From the human T2T-CHM13v2.0 reference genome, Homo sapiens: DNA of 64,000 bases. The stretch lies in NCBI RefSeq assembly GCF_009914755.1, contig NC_060930.1; one strand, given 5' to 3'. Shown piece by piece: positions 20,642 through 53,099 of the stretch (its first letter is position 1; each line of letters opens with the position of its first letter). The position numbers were made by a program, and so were the translations under genes. Under the pieces are notes generated by a model. The model was given only the letters and a program-made list of their open reading frames with translations. It had not been told where the DNA came from and did no database searches.

Positions 20642-22583
20642 AAACCTTTGACCAGAATCCTCTAATCCTCTATCTATCTTAAAAAACAAATCTTAAAAAC
20701 AGGAAGTATCAGGCTCAGATAGGTTTACTGGAATTTTTTTTTTTTTGAGACAGAGTCTTGTTCTGTTGCTCAGACTGGAGTGCAGTGGCACAATCTTGGC
20801 TCGCTGCAACCTCTGCCTTCCAGGTTCAAGTGATCCTCCTGCCTCAGCCTCCTGAATAGCTGGGACTACAGGCACCTGCCACCACTCCTGGCTAATTTTT
20901 GTATTTTTATTTGAGACGGGGTTTTACCATGTTGGCCAGGCTGGTCTCGAACTACTGACCTCAGGTGATTGTCCAACCTCAGCCTCCCAAAGTGCTGGGA
21001 TTACAGGAGTAAGCCACTGCACCTGGCCTTACTGGAAAATTCTAGCAAACATTTAAGGAAGAAATTATACAAATTCTCTACAAACTCTTTCAGAAGACAG
21101 AGGCAGAGGAAATCCTTCTTAACTCATTCTATAAGGCCAGCATTATCCTAATATCAACAGCAGACACAAATGTTAGAAGAAAACTATAGACCAATATCTC
21201 CTATAAACACAGATACAAGAATCCTCAACAAAATATAAGCAAATTTAATCTTACTATGTATAAAAAGAATTATACATTATGAGCAAGTGGGATATAGCTC
21301 AGGTATGCAAAACTGGTTCAACATTTGAAAATCAATTAATGTAATCCGCCACATCAATAGGCTAAAAAAGAAAAATCACATGATCTCGTCAAGAGATGCA
21401 GAAAAAGCACTGATGAAATCGAACATCCATTCATGATAAAAACTCACCAAATTAGGAATAGAGGGGAACTTTCTCAACTTGATAAAGAACATCTGCAAAA
21501 AACCCTACAACTAACATCATACTCAATGGTGGGAAACTAGAAGCTTTCCCACAAAGACCAGGAACAAGCGAAGGAGGTTTTCTCTCACCACTTTCTTTCA
21601 ACATTGTACTGGAAGTCCTAGCTAATGCAATAAGAAAAGAAAATAAAAAGCATAAGATGGGGAGGGAAGAAATAAAATTATCTTTGTTTGAAGATAAAAT
21701 TATTATTTATGTAGAAAATCCAAAAGAATTGACAAAAAAAATCCTTCTGGGACTAATAAGCAATTATAGCAAGTTGCAGGATATAAAAATATTTATTTAT
21801 TTATTTTTATTTACTTTTTTGAGATGGAGTCTCCCTCTGTCACCCAGGCTGGAGTGCATCGGTGCGATCTCTGCTCACTGCAACCTCCGCCTCCCCAGTT
21901 CAAGCAATTCTCTCCCTCAGCCTCCTGAGTAGCTGGGATTATAGGCACCCACCACCATCCCTGGCTAATTTTTGTACTTTTAGTAGAGACAGGGTTTCAC
22001 TATGTTGGCCAGGCTGGTCTGGAGCTCCTGACCTCGTGATCCACCTGCCTCGGCCTCTGGAAGTGCTGGGATTATAGGCTTGAGCCACCACGCCCGGCCA
22101 TGAGCCACCACGCCCAGCCTATTTATTTATTTATTTATTGAGACAGGGTCTGCTCTTTCACCCAGGCTGGAGTGCAGTGGCGTGTTCTCAGCTTACTGCA
22201 ACCTCTGCCTCTGGAGTTCATGAGATTCTTGTGCCCCAGCCTCCTGAGTAGCTGAGATTACAGGCATGTGCCACCACACCTAGCCAATTTTTGTATTTTT
22301 AGTAGAGATGGGGTTTCACCATGTTGCCCAGGCTGGTCTCAAACTCCTGAGCTCAGGCAATCTGCCCACCTCAGCCTCCCAAAGTGCTGGGATTACAGGC
22401 CTGAGCCACTGTGCCCGGCCAAGGATATAAAGTTAATATACAAAAGTCAAAGCCAGGCACAGTAGCACACACCTGTAGTCCCAGCTACCCAAAAGGCTGA
22501 GGCAGGAGGATTGCTTGAGCCCAGAAGGTTGAGGTCAGCCTGGACAGCATAGTGAGACCCTATCTCTTTAAAAAAGTCAATCA

Positions 22584-22868
<285 letters not shown>

Positions 22869-23536
22869 TCAAAAAAAAAAAAAAGTTCATCATTTCCTAT
22901 ATACTAGCAATGAACAAGTGGAATTTGAAATGAAAAACACATTACCATGTACATTAGAACCCCTAAAATGAAATAAGTTTAAAACTAACAAAATATGTAC
23001 AAGGTCTATATGTGGAAAACTAGAAAACTCTGATGAAAGATATCAAAGCAGAACTCAATCAATAGAGAAGACTCAATGGTGTCAAAATGTCCATTCTTCC
23101 CAACCCGATTTAGAGATTCAAAGCAATCTCACTTAAAACCTCAGCAATTGATTTTGCAGGTAGTGACAAACTGATTGTAAAGTTTATATTGAGAGGCAAA
23201 AGACCCAGAGTAGCCAACATAATATTAAAGGAAAAGAACAAAGACAGAGGGCTGACACTACCTGACTTCAAGACTTAATATAAAGCAACAGTAATCACGA
23301 CAGTGTGGTATTGGCAAAAGACTCGACAAATAGATCAATGAAACAGAACTGAGCACCCAGGAATAGACCCATAGAAATACAGTCAACTGATCTTTGACAA
23401 AGGAGCAAAGGCAATACAATGAAGTGAAGATAGCCTTTTCAACAAATGGCGCTGGAACAACTGGACATCCACATGCAAAAAAAAAAAAAAAAAAGAATCT
23501 AGATACAGATCTTATGCTCTTCACTAAGGTCAACTA

Positions 23537-27118
<3,582 letters not shown>

Positions 27119-27752
27119 TGTCACGGATCTATTTCTGAGGATTTTCACTTTGGAAATGTTCTCCATAAGAATCAGGCCCATACTTGCATGATTAATGCAA
27201 TCCTGATAGCCACTGCATTGTAGAGATTCATCTTCATAGTATAATATGCTACCTTCACAATTAGTTGATAAAGTCGTCTGCCTAAATAACTACCCCATTT
27301 TTGAATAGTCATTACTATTCTGTGTAAATTCCTAATGTATGCCAGAACATGTCAATATCCTGTAAACCAGCTCTGGATATTAATTAACTCTGGATTAATG
27401 GGATGGACTTTCTATTTTTACAGTAGGAAGAAAATGGCAAAAACATATTGTCAATTACATTTCGCACTCATTCCTCTCTTTTGAGCTCCTCACTTTAACT
27501 TTAACTCACTGATTGGTTCTGGTGCCTGTAACATTGGCTCCAAAGGCTTGTGGCATTGTCCTAATACTTCAGTGATACCTTGGAAGGACCCCGATATTGC
27601 TTCCTATTGAGAGGTAGCAGCACTTCAGAAAAGACTGGGTGCTTATACAAGCTAGCCAATTGGTAAGGCTTATGGAGTACTTCTGCTTAACTTTAGATCT
27701 TTGGTATATTAAAAGCTTTGCCTTCTGTAACCACAACTCCCATGGACCAGGC

Positions 27753-28150
<398 letters not shown>

Positions 28151-28284
28151 TAGTGATCTCTTTTCTTTGCTTCCTTTTTGAGCTTAGCTTTGTTCTCTTC
28201 TCTCTTTTTTATCTCTGCAAACTCCTCTAGTGCCTCCCTAAATTGCATCACTGGTTCCCCAAACCGTTCTCAGGTACTCCTTCA

Positions 28285-28645
<361 letters not shown>

Positions 28646-28959
28646 TCAATCCTGATAGCCACTGCTGCCTAAATAACTACCCCATTTTTGAATAGTTATT
28701 ACAATTCTTTTAAGTGCCTAATGTATGCCTGAACATGTCAATATCCTGTAAACCAGCTCTGAATTTTAACTGCTGGATCATTTTCCTTTTTTTCTAAATG
28801 TATTCACAATACTGTTCCTAAAGGAGTACGGATTTCCTACAACTGATGGCCAGCCTTGCAGCTGGGCTAACATGGCCATGGCCTCTTGGCCTCATGGGGG
28901 ATGGCTTTTTAGATATAATGCCAAAGGCATGATTTATGAAAAAATAATTGATAAGCTGA

Positions 28960-29271
<312 letters not shown>

Positions 29272-30221
29272 GATAAGCTGAACTTCATTAAAATTTAAAA
29301 CCTCCGCTCCACAAAAGGCAATGTCAAAAGAATGAGAAGACAAGCCACAGACTAGGGGGAAATAATTGCAAAGAACACATTTGATAAAGGATTGTTATTC
29401 GCAATATGCAAAAAAAAACTCTTAAAATCTCAACAATAAGAAAACAAACAACCTGGGCACTGTGGCTCATGCCTGTAATCCCAAGACTTTGGGAGGCTAA
29501 GGCGGGTGGATCACCTGAGGTAAGGAGTTCGAGATCGGCCTGGCCAACATGGTGAAACCCCATCTCTACTAAAAATACAAAAATTAGCTGGGTGTGGTCT
29601 TTGGTATATTAAAAGCTACTCGGGAGACTGAGGCAGGAGAATCGCTTGAACCTGGGAGATGGAGGTTGCAGTGAGCAAGATTGTGCCATTGTACTCTAGC
29701 CTGGGCGACAAGAGTGAAACTCTGTCTCAAAAAAAAAAAAAAAAAAAAAAACAGAAAAGAAAACAACAATCTGATTACAAAGTGGGCAGAAGAACCAAGC
29801 TGATATCTCACCAAACATCTACAGATAGCAAATAAGCATATGTAAAGGTGTTCTAAATCATATGTCATTAGAAAATTGCAAATTAAAACAATAATGATGT
29901 ACCACTATGCACCTATTAGAATGACTGAGATACCAAACATTGGCATATCAAGTGCTGGTGAGAATGTGAAGCAACAAAAACTCTCATTCATTGCTGGTGG
30001 GAATGCAAAATGGTATATTCACTTTGGAAGACAATTTAACAGTTTCTTATATGACTAAAAGTACTATTCTATAAGCCGGCAGTTATACTCCTTGGTATCT
30101 GCCCAAACGAACTGAAAACTTACGTGCACACAAAAACCTGCACACAGATGTTGATAGTGGCTTTATTCATAATTGTCAAAACTCTGAGGCCCAAGCTGTC
30201 CTTCAGTAGGTGAATGGATAC

Positions 30222-31635
<1,414 letters not shown>

Positions 31636-31705
31636 TAGCTCAGCTGATAGCTCATTTCTTTTTACCACAAAATAATACTCCATTGTCTGGATGCACCAGT
31701 TTGTT

Positions 31706-33675
<1,970 letters not shown>

Positions 33676-33973
33676 CTTTTTTTTTTTTTTTTTTTTTGAG
33701 ATGGAGTCTTGCTCTGTTGCCCAGGCTGGAGTGCAGTGGTACCATCTCAACTCACTGCAGCCTCTGCCTCCTGGGTTCAAGCAGTTCTCCTGCCTCAGCC
33801 TCTGGAGTAACTGGATTACAGGCATGCGCCACCATCCCCAGCTAATTTTTGTATTTTCAATACAGATGGGGTTTCACGATTTGGCCAGGCTGGTCTTGAA
33901 CTTCTGACCTCAGATGATCCGCCCACCTCGGCCTCCAAAAAAAAAGCTGGCTGGGCGCAGTGGTTCACTATCA

Positions 33974-34249
<276 letters not shown>

Positions 34250-34315
34250 TTAAGTGGATATTACTTAGTGAAGAATGCCAATCTGAAAAAGCTTCATACT
34301 AGATGACTCCAAATA

Positions 34316-34650
34316 CAGTCATATGCCACACAGTTTTCGGTCAACAATGGACTGCATATATGACGGTGGTCCCATGAGGTTATAATATCTTATTGTTACT
34401 CTACCTTTTCCACCTCTAGATAGACAAACTACTTGCCATTGTGTTACAGTTGCCTACAGAATTCAGTACAGTAACCTGCTATACAGGTTTGTAGCTTAGG
34501 AGCAATAGGCTATCCCATATAGTCTAGGGGTGTAGGAGGCTATTCCATCTAGGTTTGTGTAAGTACACTCGATGATGTTCACACAATGACAACATCACCT
34601 GACAACTCGTTTATCAGAACATACCCCCCTCATTAAGTGATGCATGATTG
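34316..34650 (+). mobile_element. Tigger3a/Golem-type (MER7A) non-autonomous TcMar DNA transposon
   Basis: TIR-like ends CAGTCATATG...CATGATTG flanked by TA. The internal sequence 'ttttcggtcaacaatggactgcatatatgacggtggtcccat' matches the recalled consensus. Confidence 0.85.
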
Positions 34651-35107
34651 TAGATGACATTCTGGAAAAGGCCAAACTATGGAGGGAGCAAAAAGACCAG
34701 TGGTTCCCAGGAATTAGGGGAAAGCATGAGACAAACAAACAGAGCACAGAGGATTTTTAGGGTAGTGAAAGTATTCTGTATATTACTACAATGGTGGATA
34801 CATGTCATATGTTTGTCAAAAACCAAAGAATGGACACCAAAAGTGAACCCTAAGGTAAATGCTGGTCTTTCAGTGATAATATATCAACGTAGGTTCATCA
34901 CCTGTAACAAATACATCACTAGGGTGCAGGGTGTCAATAGTGAGGGAGGCTGTGCATGTATGGGGTAGGAATTATATGGGAACTCTGTACTTTTGCAGCT
35001 CAATTTTGCTGTGAACCAAATCTACTCTAAAAAAATAAAATATAGGCCGGGCGCGGTGGCTTATGCTTGTAATCTCAGCACTTTGGGAGTCCGAGGTGGG
35101 CAGATCA

Positions 35108-35368
<261 letters not shown>

Positions 35369-35471
35369 TTAAAATTTTTATTTATGCATAAGAACATACA
35401 AATGGTTATTTATTATAGCAAAAAATTTGTAAACAACCTTACAGTCCAATGGGAGGGAAATGGCTATATAA

Positions 35472-35789
<318 letters not shown>

Positions 35790-36419
35790 TGAGCCACTGC
35801 ACATGCCCAAAGTATTTCTAATAAACAGGACAAATGCTGAGAAATTGAAAAAAGCAGTATAAACAATTGTATAAATGGAATGATAAAATTGTGTATTGCA
35901 AAAAGACTAGGAGGACAATATGCTAAAATGTTAGCACTGAGTTGTCTTTGGGCATTAAATTTTGTTTTTATAAATATGTGCTCTTTTTATTCTAAAACAC
36001 ACGAGAGATAAAAATACATAAACGATCTGGGCACAGTGGCTCACGCCTGCAATCCTAACACTTTGGGAGGCCGAGGCAGGAGGACTGTTTGAGACCAAGA
36101 GTTCAAGACCAACCTGGCCAACACAGAGAGACCCTGTCTCTATTTCTTTTTAATAATACTAAAAATTTTAAGTTATAAATTTTAAAATGTTAATAAAATT
36201 TTTTTAAAATACATAAATGTACAGAGAACAGAAATCACCCCAAATCCTATCATCTGGAGATAACAGAAGTTGCCCTGAATAGGAAGACGGTAGAGGATTT
36301 TCTTTTCTTTCTGTATTCTATTATTTGTAGAGTTTCTAGTATTAGTAGAGAATCTGCTCTCATATATATATATATAATATATATATATATATATTTTTTT
36401 TGTTTGTTTGTTTGTTTGA

Positions 36420-36524
<105 letters not shown>

Positions 36525-36527
36525 TGA

Positions 36528-36743
<216 letters not shown>

Positions 36744-36878
36744 TAAGGCCACCATCAGCCTTTCTATGAAGCCTTTCAAAACTTCCAGTTTGCATAGACT
36801 GCTCACTTTTATCTACAGTCTCACTTATGTCTCTTCTACCATTTATCATAGTTTATAGTGTATTTATTACCGGTGTAG

Positions 36879-37195
<317 letters not shown>

Positions 37196-38582
37196 TGAGC
37201 CACAGCACCTGGCCATCTTACCCATTTTTATATCCTGCTGCCCACCCCCTCCAGCAACTAGGCCTGCACCTAGAAAGATATTATCAAATGTCCCTGCCAC
37301 ATCCCTGCCAGTATCCCTGTCTGTCCCCAGCCAGCCCACACAACGGATGCACAGAAAGGACCTGTCTTCTTTGACAAAGGAGGCTGATGATCTAATACTC
37401 TCTTCTGACTTCCTAGCTTGAATGCTGTTCCATCTCTGCCTCCCACAGACCAGGACTCAAAGGGCAGGGCATTTTCTCTGGAAGGACCCATGTCATAATG
37501 CACCTTTGTATGAAGCAGCAACCTTTGCACTGTCTCCAGTTAGTACTTTCAGAGGAATTAGCTTATCAGAGTAACTAGTTGGCACCTTAGCAGGCATGCA
37601 GAATCTGACTCAGGAACAGAGACTCAAGAGAACTAAGGTGCAGTAGGAAGCAGGTGGCAGCGTGAAGATGTGAGTAGTGGGAAATAGTGTGAGTTCTCTG
37701 GGGTAGAAAAGGTAGATTGGGAGCAAAACCGGCAAGGGGACAAGGGCTGGGTAATGGGTAAATTACAATGGCCTCTTCCTCATTTAAGAGGCCATTACAA
37801 TAAATTTTACCTACTTTACCAAACAGCTTAAAGCCAAAGTGGGAGCTCAAAACCAGGAAGGAGCCAGGCACAGTGGCATATGCCTGTGGTCTCAGCTACT
37901 CAGGAGGCCAAGATAAGAGGATCACTTGAGCCCAGGAGTTTGAGACCAGCCCCGGCAACACAGTGAGACCTCAAAAACAACCCAGTTATGGCATGAGAAT
38001 CTGGCTGGATGTGCTTCACCACCACCCAGAAGAGCCCCATGGGGATGTAGAGATTAAATCCAATCATCTCTAAGGTCCATTCCCAACTGGAATTTTAGAA
38101 TTTCAGGTAACAGCCAGGCACAATGGCTCATGTCTGTAATCCCAGCACTTTGGGAGGCTGAGGCGGGTGGATCACCTGAGGTCAGGAGTTCAAGATCAGC
38201 TGGCCAACATGGCAAAACCCAGTATCTACTAAAAAAAAAAAAAAAATTACAAAAATTAGCCGGGCGTGGTGGCGCTCCTGTAATCCCAGCATTTTGGGAG
38301 GCCAAGGCAAGCAGATCCCTTGAGGTCAGGAGTTCAAGACCAGCCTGGCCAACATGGTGAAACCCCATCTCTACTAAAAATACAAAATAAACTGGATGTG
38401 GTGGCATATGGCTGTAATCCCAGGTATTCAGGAAGCTGAGGCATGAGAATCACTTGAACCTGGGAGGCGGAGGTTGCAGAAAGCTGAGATCGCACCACTG
38501 TACTCCAGCTTGGGCGGCAGAGCGAGACTCCACCTCAAAAAAAAAAAAAAAGAATTTCAAGTGACCATTTTCTTTTCCTTAA

Positions 38583-38723
<141 letters not shown>

Positions 38724-38945
38724 TAGCTGGGATTACAGGTGCCAACCACCACGCCTGGCCAACGGGGTTTCACCATGTTGGCCAGGCTGGTCTCGAACTC
38801 CTGACCTCAGGTGATCCGCCTGCCTCGGTCTCCTAAAGTGCTGGGATTACAGGCGTGAGCCACCGTGCCCAGCTGATACCCAAAATTTTATAGCACTTAC
38901 ATCATGCCAGTCCCTGGTCTATGCATTATTATTTTTTTTTTTTGA

Positions 38946-39104
<159 letters not shown>

Positions 39105-39495
39105 TAGTAGAGATGGAGTTTCTCCATGTTGGTCAGGCTGGTCTCAAACTCCCAACCTCAGGTGATCCGCCCGCCTCGGCCTCCCCAAGTGCCGGGATTA
39201 CAGGTGTGAGCCACCGCGCCTGGCTGGTCTATGCTTTTTATTATATTAACTTCCTTAATCTAAAACCCAGAGAGGTATTACTATCCTTATATTACTGATG
39301 AGAAAACTGACATAAAAAGATTAAGTAACTTGCCCAAGGTCCCACAGCTAGAAGTGGCCAACGTAGGATGTAAACCCATCAGAATTTGTGCTGTGGCTGG
39401 GCATGGTGGCTGAGATAGCGCCATTGCGCTTCAGCCTAGGCAATAAGAGCAAAACTCTGTCTCGAAAAAAAAAATTTATAGAACTATAGACTTAA

Positions 39496-47500
<8,005 letters not shown>

Positions 47501-48408
47501 TGTTTTTAAAAATGGTTAAAGAAAGAAAAAGAACAAAAGGAAATGAAGGGAGGCTGGAATTTCACCAACAGCTTGATAGATGGGCGGGTGGATGGCCATG
47601 AGGGTGGCTAGTAAGGCCAAGTCCAATTGAAGTCAGGACAAGGGCTTAGTCAAGGACTGAGCAGAGGCTGGTAGAATTGGAGGGAAGTCTGATAGCACTG
47701 ACCTTTAAACGGGCAATTTTTAAAGACTGGCAGGAGGCGGAGCCCAAATGCAGGGGGTTAAATGGTGAATGAATAAATAGCAAAAAATTGGAAACTACCC
47801 AAGGGCCTAACAATCAGGGCCTGGCCAAGCAACCATAGTACCATTCATAGAAAAAATGATGCTGTGTCCATACATAGGCGGGCTTATAAAATTAGGTGAC
47901 GTAAAAAATTTCAGGACACAAAATAGCATTTGTGCAGATTACAATTATGAAAGGACATGCATGTGCTGCGAGAGCCAGAAAGGGCTGGACAGGATCGAGA
48001 GCAGCTCACGGATGCTGCTTTAAAGTCTATGGGATTTTCTTTCTTTTTTGGAATGCTGGCGATCCACAAACAAAAGCACATAATGTTGCTTTAAAATAAA
48101 AAGAGTGGCTGTTGAAGAAGTGGAGACAGCAGGTGAAGGCCACTCAGTGAAGAAACCTGACGGTGACAGGAAGAAATGAGCCGGCAGAGCAGCTGGCGGG
48201 GTGTGAAGGCTGGGGACAGCAGCTGGCGGGGGAGCCGGGGGCTGGGGGAAGTGGGGAGAGGAAGAAAGGAGGCTGTTCTGTTTCCTTTATTGCCTATAGC
48301 TCTACCTTATTTTTTAATATAAAAAATAGTAGTATCTCTTGGCTAGGCGCGGTGGCTCACACCTGTAATCTCAGCACTTTGGGAGGTCGAGGTGGGCAGA
48401 TCACCTCA

Positions 48409-48618
<210 letters not shown>

Positions 48619-48778
48619 TCAAAAAAAAGAAAAAGAAAAGTACCTCTTGAGACAAATTCAAACAGTCCAGAGTGTGTATGTATAAAGTGACAGAACCCTC
48701 AGCCTAGTCCCCATTGTCAACAGCTTAGTGTGCAGCTTTCCAGAGCTGCACCATTTTCTTTTACTTGCAGTGCATTCA

Positions 48779-48834
48779 TTTTTAATTACAAAGTAAGATA
48801 GGCTGGTTTTTAATTACAAAGTAAGATGGGCTTG
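48779..48834. repeat. 28-bp tandem duplication
   Basis: tttttaattacaaagtaagataggctgg / tttttaattacaaagtaagatgggcttg (2 mismatches). Confidence 0.92.
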
Positions 48835-49413
48835 TTAAAATGTAGGATTAGAGAAAATAAAGAGTGAAATATTCTATCCTGCTGAAATCTCCCAACAGAG
48901 CTGACTGCTGTTGATTGGTCTGGAAAGGGTCTATGTGCATGTAAATACTTATGTATATATTCGTTTATGGTTTTATGGTTGGTTGTTTTTACAGAAGCAG
49001 GAACATTTCCTACCTATAGTTGAGCAGTTTCATGCTACATCATGGTGGATCCCTCCCAAGTCACCACTGCCTAACATTCCACAGAATATAGTTGAAAGGT
49101 AAACTTCAGGGAACACAGGGGCATCTCTTTCCCTATAATTGGCAGGAAAGGAGCTCTAGAAACAAAAGGTTCAAGATGGAAGGAGGTATTGCTTGGAGGG
49201 GGGCTGCCCGTGGGAATAGGGAACATGCAGACAGAGAGGGTCTTCTTTCCGCCTTCTTCTCTTAAGCCAGAGTCCCATCCAAATGTAGCTAAGGTATACA
49301 GAAGTGTAAGGGGGAAGGGTTGTGATTAGAGCCTGAGTGATAAGGGTCACTACTGGGGGCTCAACTTCCTTGAGTGGACTGCTCTTCCCTCAACTGTGCC
49401 TAGGTCAGGCCTA

Positions 49414-50075
<662 letters not shown>

Positions 50076-50096
50076 CCTTAAGGGGAGCCCTAGAAT

Positions 50097-50275
50097 AGTG
50101 ATTCTCAAAGTGTGGTCCCTATACCAGTAGAAGCAGCATCAACAACTTAGAAATGCAGATTGTTGGGCCCCACTTAGTCCTACTGAATCAGAATCTCTCA
50201 GCAATCAGTGCCCTCCAAGCAATCAGCAAACAGGCCCTCCAAGGAATGCAGGCTAAGCTTGGAGAACCTTTGTTC
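50097..50275. mobile_element. MER5A MITE
   Basis: 'agtgattctcaaagtgtggtccc...agcagcatc...ttagaaatgcagatt...cctactgaatcagaatctct'. Confidence 0.75.
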
Positions 50276-51318
50276 TAGAATGTGGATTTGGGTGTGATTT
50301 CTTCATCCCTCAGGCACCCCCATGTTCATTCTCCTAGAGGACAAGCAGGAGTCAGCCCTGAAGGGGATGGGTTATCAACTTCATAAGTGGTTTCTTCTGT
50401 GAGCTTAGAGGTTGCAGGCAAAGTCAGTGACCTAGGTAGTACCTGGGAGAGCCCTCCCTCTCTTCTCATGACAACACTTCCATCTCTTCACACGCCCCCC
50501 AAATAAAACAGAAAGGGAGGGGGGCAGTGGAAACCTACTGCTTTCCACTTTCCCTTAACGGTGTCCCCTGCCCCGGGGCACTGCCCTCTGCAGCATGGAG
50601 GACAGAGTAGGGAGTGAAGCTTTTGAATGAGGGGGAGGAAATGGGATGTGGCTTCATGTGGCTGGGTTGGGGGAGGGAGTTGGAAGGAGAGGAGGGAGGG
50701 AGAGGAAGAATGTCCTCATTTCACCCAGCTGCCTGGGCCTGCACCTGTTCAGCTGAGGCCCAAGGAAAGACACCAAGCCCGATAGTAAATGAAGCACGGC
50801 CCCACCCCATCTAGCGGGGCCCCTTCCCACACTGCAGCAGGGCCGGGTTAACTGACAGGAAAACTGTGAATGATTTCAGGTGGCTGAATGAGGGGCTGGG
50901 GAAACAGCTGTGCTCCTCTGCGGGGTGGAGCAACTGTCTTCTGTCACCCCCAGGCTCTCAGAGCCTCGGCAAGGTCAGCAGGAGTCAGATAGGTTGGGAC
51001 CTGCTCAGACACCTTCTCCTACAGAAAGTGACATCACTGCCATCAGCGCTGAGGAGGTTCCGGGTGGTTAAGCCCTACAACATTCCACAACATTCTTTAG
51101 TTCCTCTATAGGCAACTATCTTCTTTTTTTCTAAATAGACTGTTTTTTAGCACAGTTTTAGTTTCACAGGAAAATTGAGAGGAAATATTAAGTTTCCTCT
51201 TGGTCTGTCCTCCATAGAAACACTTCAGGAGTTCATCCAAGCAGTCAATCGGTCATTTCACAAGGATCCAATGAAGGCTTTCAAAAGTGATTCTTGAATC
51301 TGTAAGAACAACTGGTAG

Positions 51319-51356
51319 TGAATGAATGAATGAATGAATGAATGAATGAATGAATG
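51319..51356. repeat. (GAAT)n tetranucleotide repeat
   Basis: About 9 units, adjoining the tail of a minus-strand AluJ (51357-51665). Confidence 0.95.
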
Positions 51357-51385
51357 GATTTTTCACTGACTGATTGATTGACTGA

Positions 51386-51493
<108 letters not shown>

Positions 51494-53099
51494 TAGGACC
51501 ACAGCAAGTACCTAGGCCACCATGCCTGGCTAATTTTAAAAATTTATTTGTAGAGACGGGATCTAACTTTGTTGCCCAGGCTGGTCTCAAACTCCTGGCC
51601 TCCAGCAATCCTCCTGCCCCAGCATCCCAAAATGCTGAGATTATAGGCACGAGCCACCAAGCCTGACTAACTGGGAATTTATTAAAGAGGCAAGCCCTGG
51701 TCACTCCACTAGAGATTTTGATTCAGGAGGTCTGGAGTGGGGTCCGGGATTATGTATTTTTGACACAGTCTGCAGGAGATGATACATTTGACATAATGGG
51801 CCCTAACTGGAGAAACTCAGGCATGGTGTGAGATACAAAGGGTTAGTAAATTGCTCTGGTGGGAAGGAAGGAAGCAGTGAACATTAAGGACCAAAATCCT
51901 CCTACCTCTCCACCACCCCAGAATTGAAGATGCAGAGTACTGAGCCCTCCACCTGCAAATGCATACAGCCATGAACAGATGGGTGTAAACTGAGGCAGTG
52001 GAGGGAGAGGGGTACTCCCAAGCCCTGAAAATCTCAGAGTAAGAGGCCACCGACGACAGCGCTCACCGGTGCTGAGCTCCCTTCTACAGAAACCTGCAAA
52101 GACTCAGATCGAGGAGGAAATACACCAGGAAAATGTCACAGGATCATCTCGAGGTAAGGTCCTGAGCAAGGTAGCCTTTCCATGCCTGCATTTCCTCATC
52201 TGTCAAATTCGGAGCATGATGGGCTCTGTCAAACAGGGTTACAGGCATTGAGCCACTATGCCCAGCTGCATTAGCTCATTTTTTGACTTTGCTTAAGAGT
52301 TCCTTGCCCACTCTTCAAAAATGTTGATGTCATGGAAGACAAAAACTAAGGAATCATTTCAGGTTAAACAAAACTTGGGGAGACAGGACAACTGAATATA
52401 ATCCATGATCTGGGACTTTGTTTTCATTTCTGTAAAGCATAACATTGGAGACCAGGCTGGCCAATATGGCAAAACCCCATCTCTACTAAAAATACAAATA
52501 TTAGCTGGGCGTGGTGGCGGGCGCCTCTAATCCCAGCTACTTGGGAGGCTGAGGCAGGAGAATCACTTGAACCTGGGGTGGGATGGGGGCGGGGAGTGGA
52601 GGTTGCAGTGAGCCAAGATCACACCACTTCACTCCAGCCTGGGCGAAAGAAGCTCTATCTCAACAATAAAATAAAAATAAAAATAAAAACAAAAAAATTA
52701 GCCAGGCGTGATGGTACGTGCTGTAATCCCAGCTCTCGGGAGGCTGAGGCAGGAGAATCACTTGAACCTGGGAGGTGGAGGTTGTAGTGAGCAGAGATGG
52801 TGCCACTGTACTCCAGCCTGGGAGACAGAGTGAGACTCCTCTCATATAAATAAATAAATAAAATAAAATGATGAGTGAAGGAGTTCTGAGAACTTGTGAT
52901 TTCTACATGCTGGAATTCTGCTTATGCCCTTGGTGGTTGTTGGCTATTAAAATGTGGGTAGTGTGGAATTATGTACATTACAAGATCTTTACAGAAAATC
53001 CTTTTTTCTTCTCATGCATAGTATGACCTGGAACTAAAAGGAGCTGCACATATAAATTGATCCAAGCTTCTACCAGATTCATTATATGCTATCCTGACA

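Noticed and set aside
47870-47910. GC-box, TATAAAA and TGACGTAA promoter-like arrangement
   Set aside because: It appears to lie in decayed L1ME/L2 sequence with no CpG island, so the motifs alone are insufficient.
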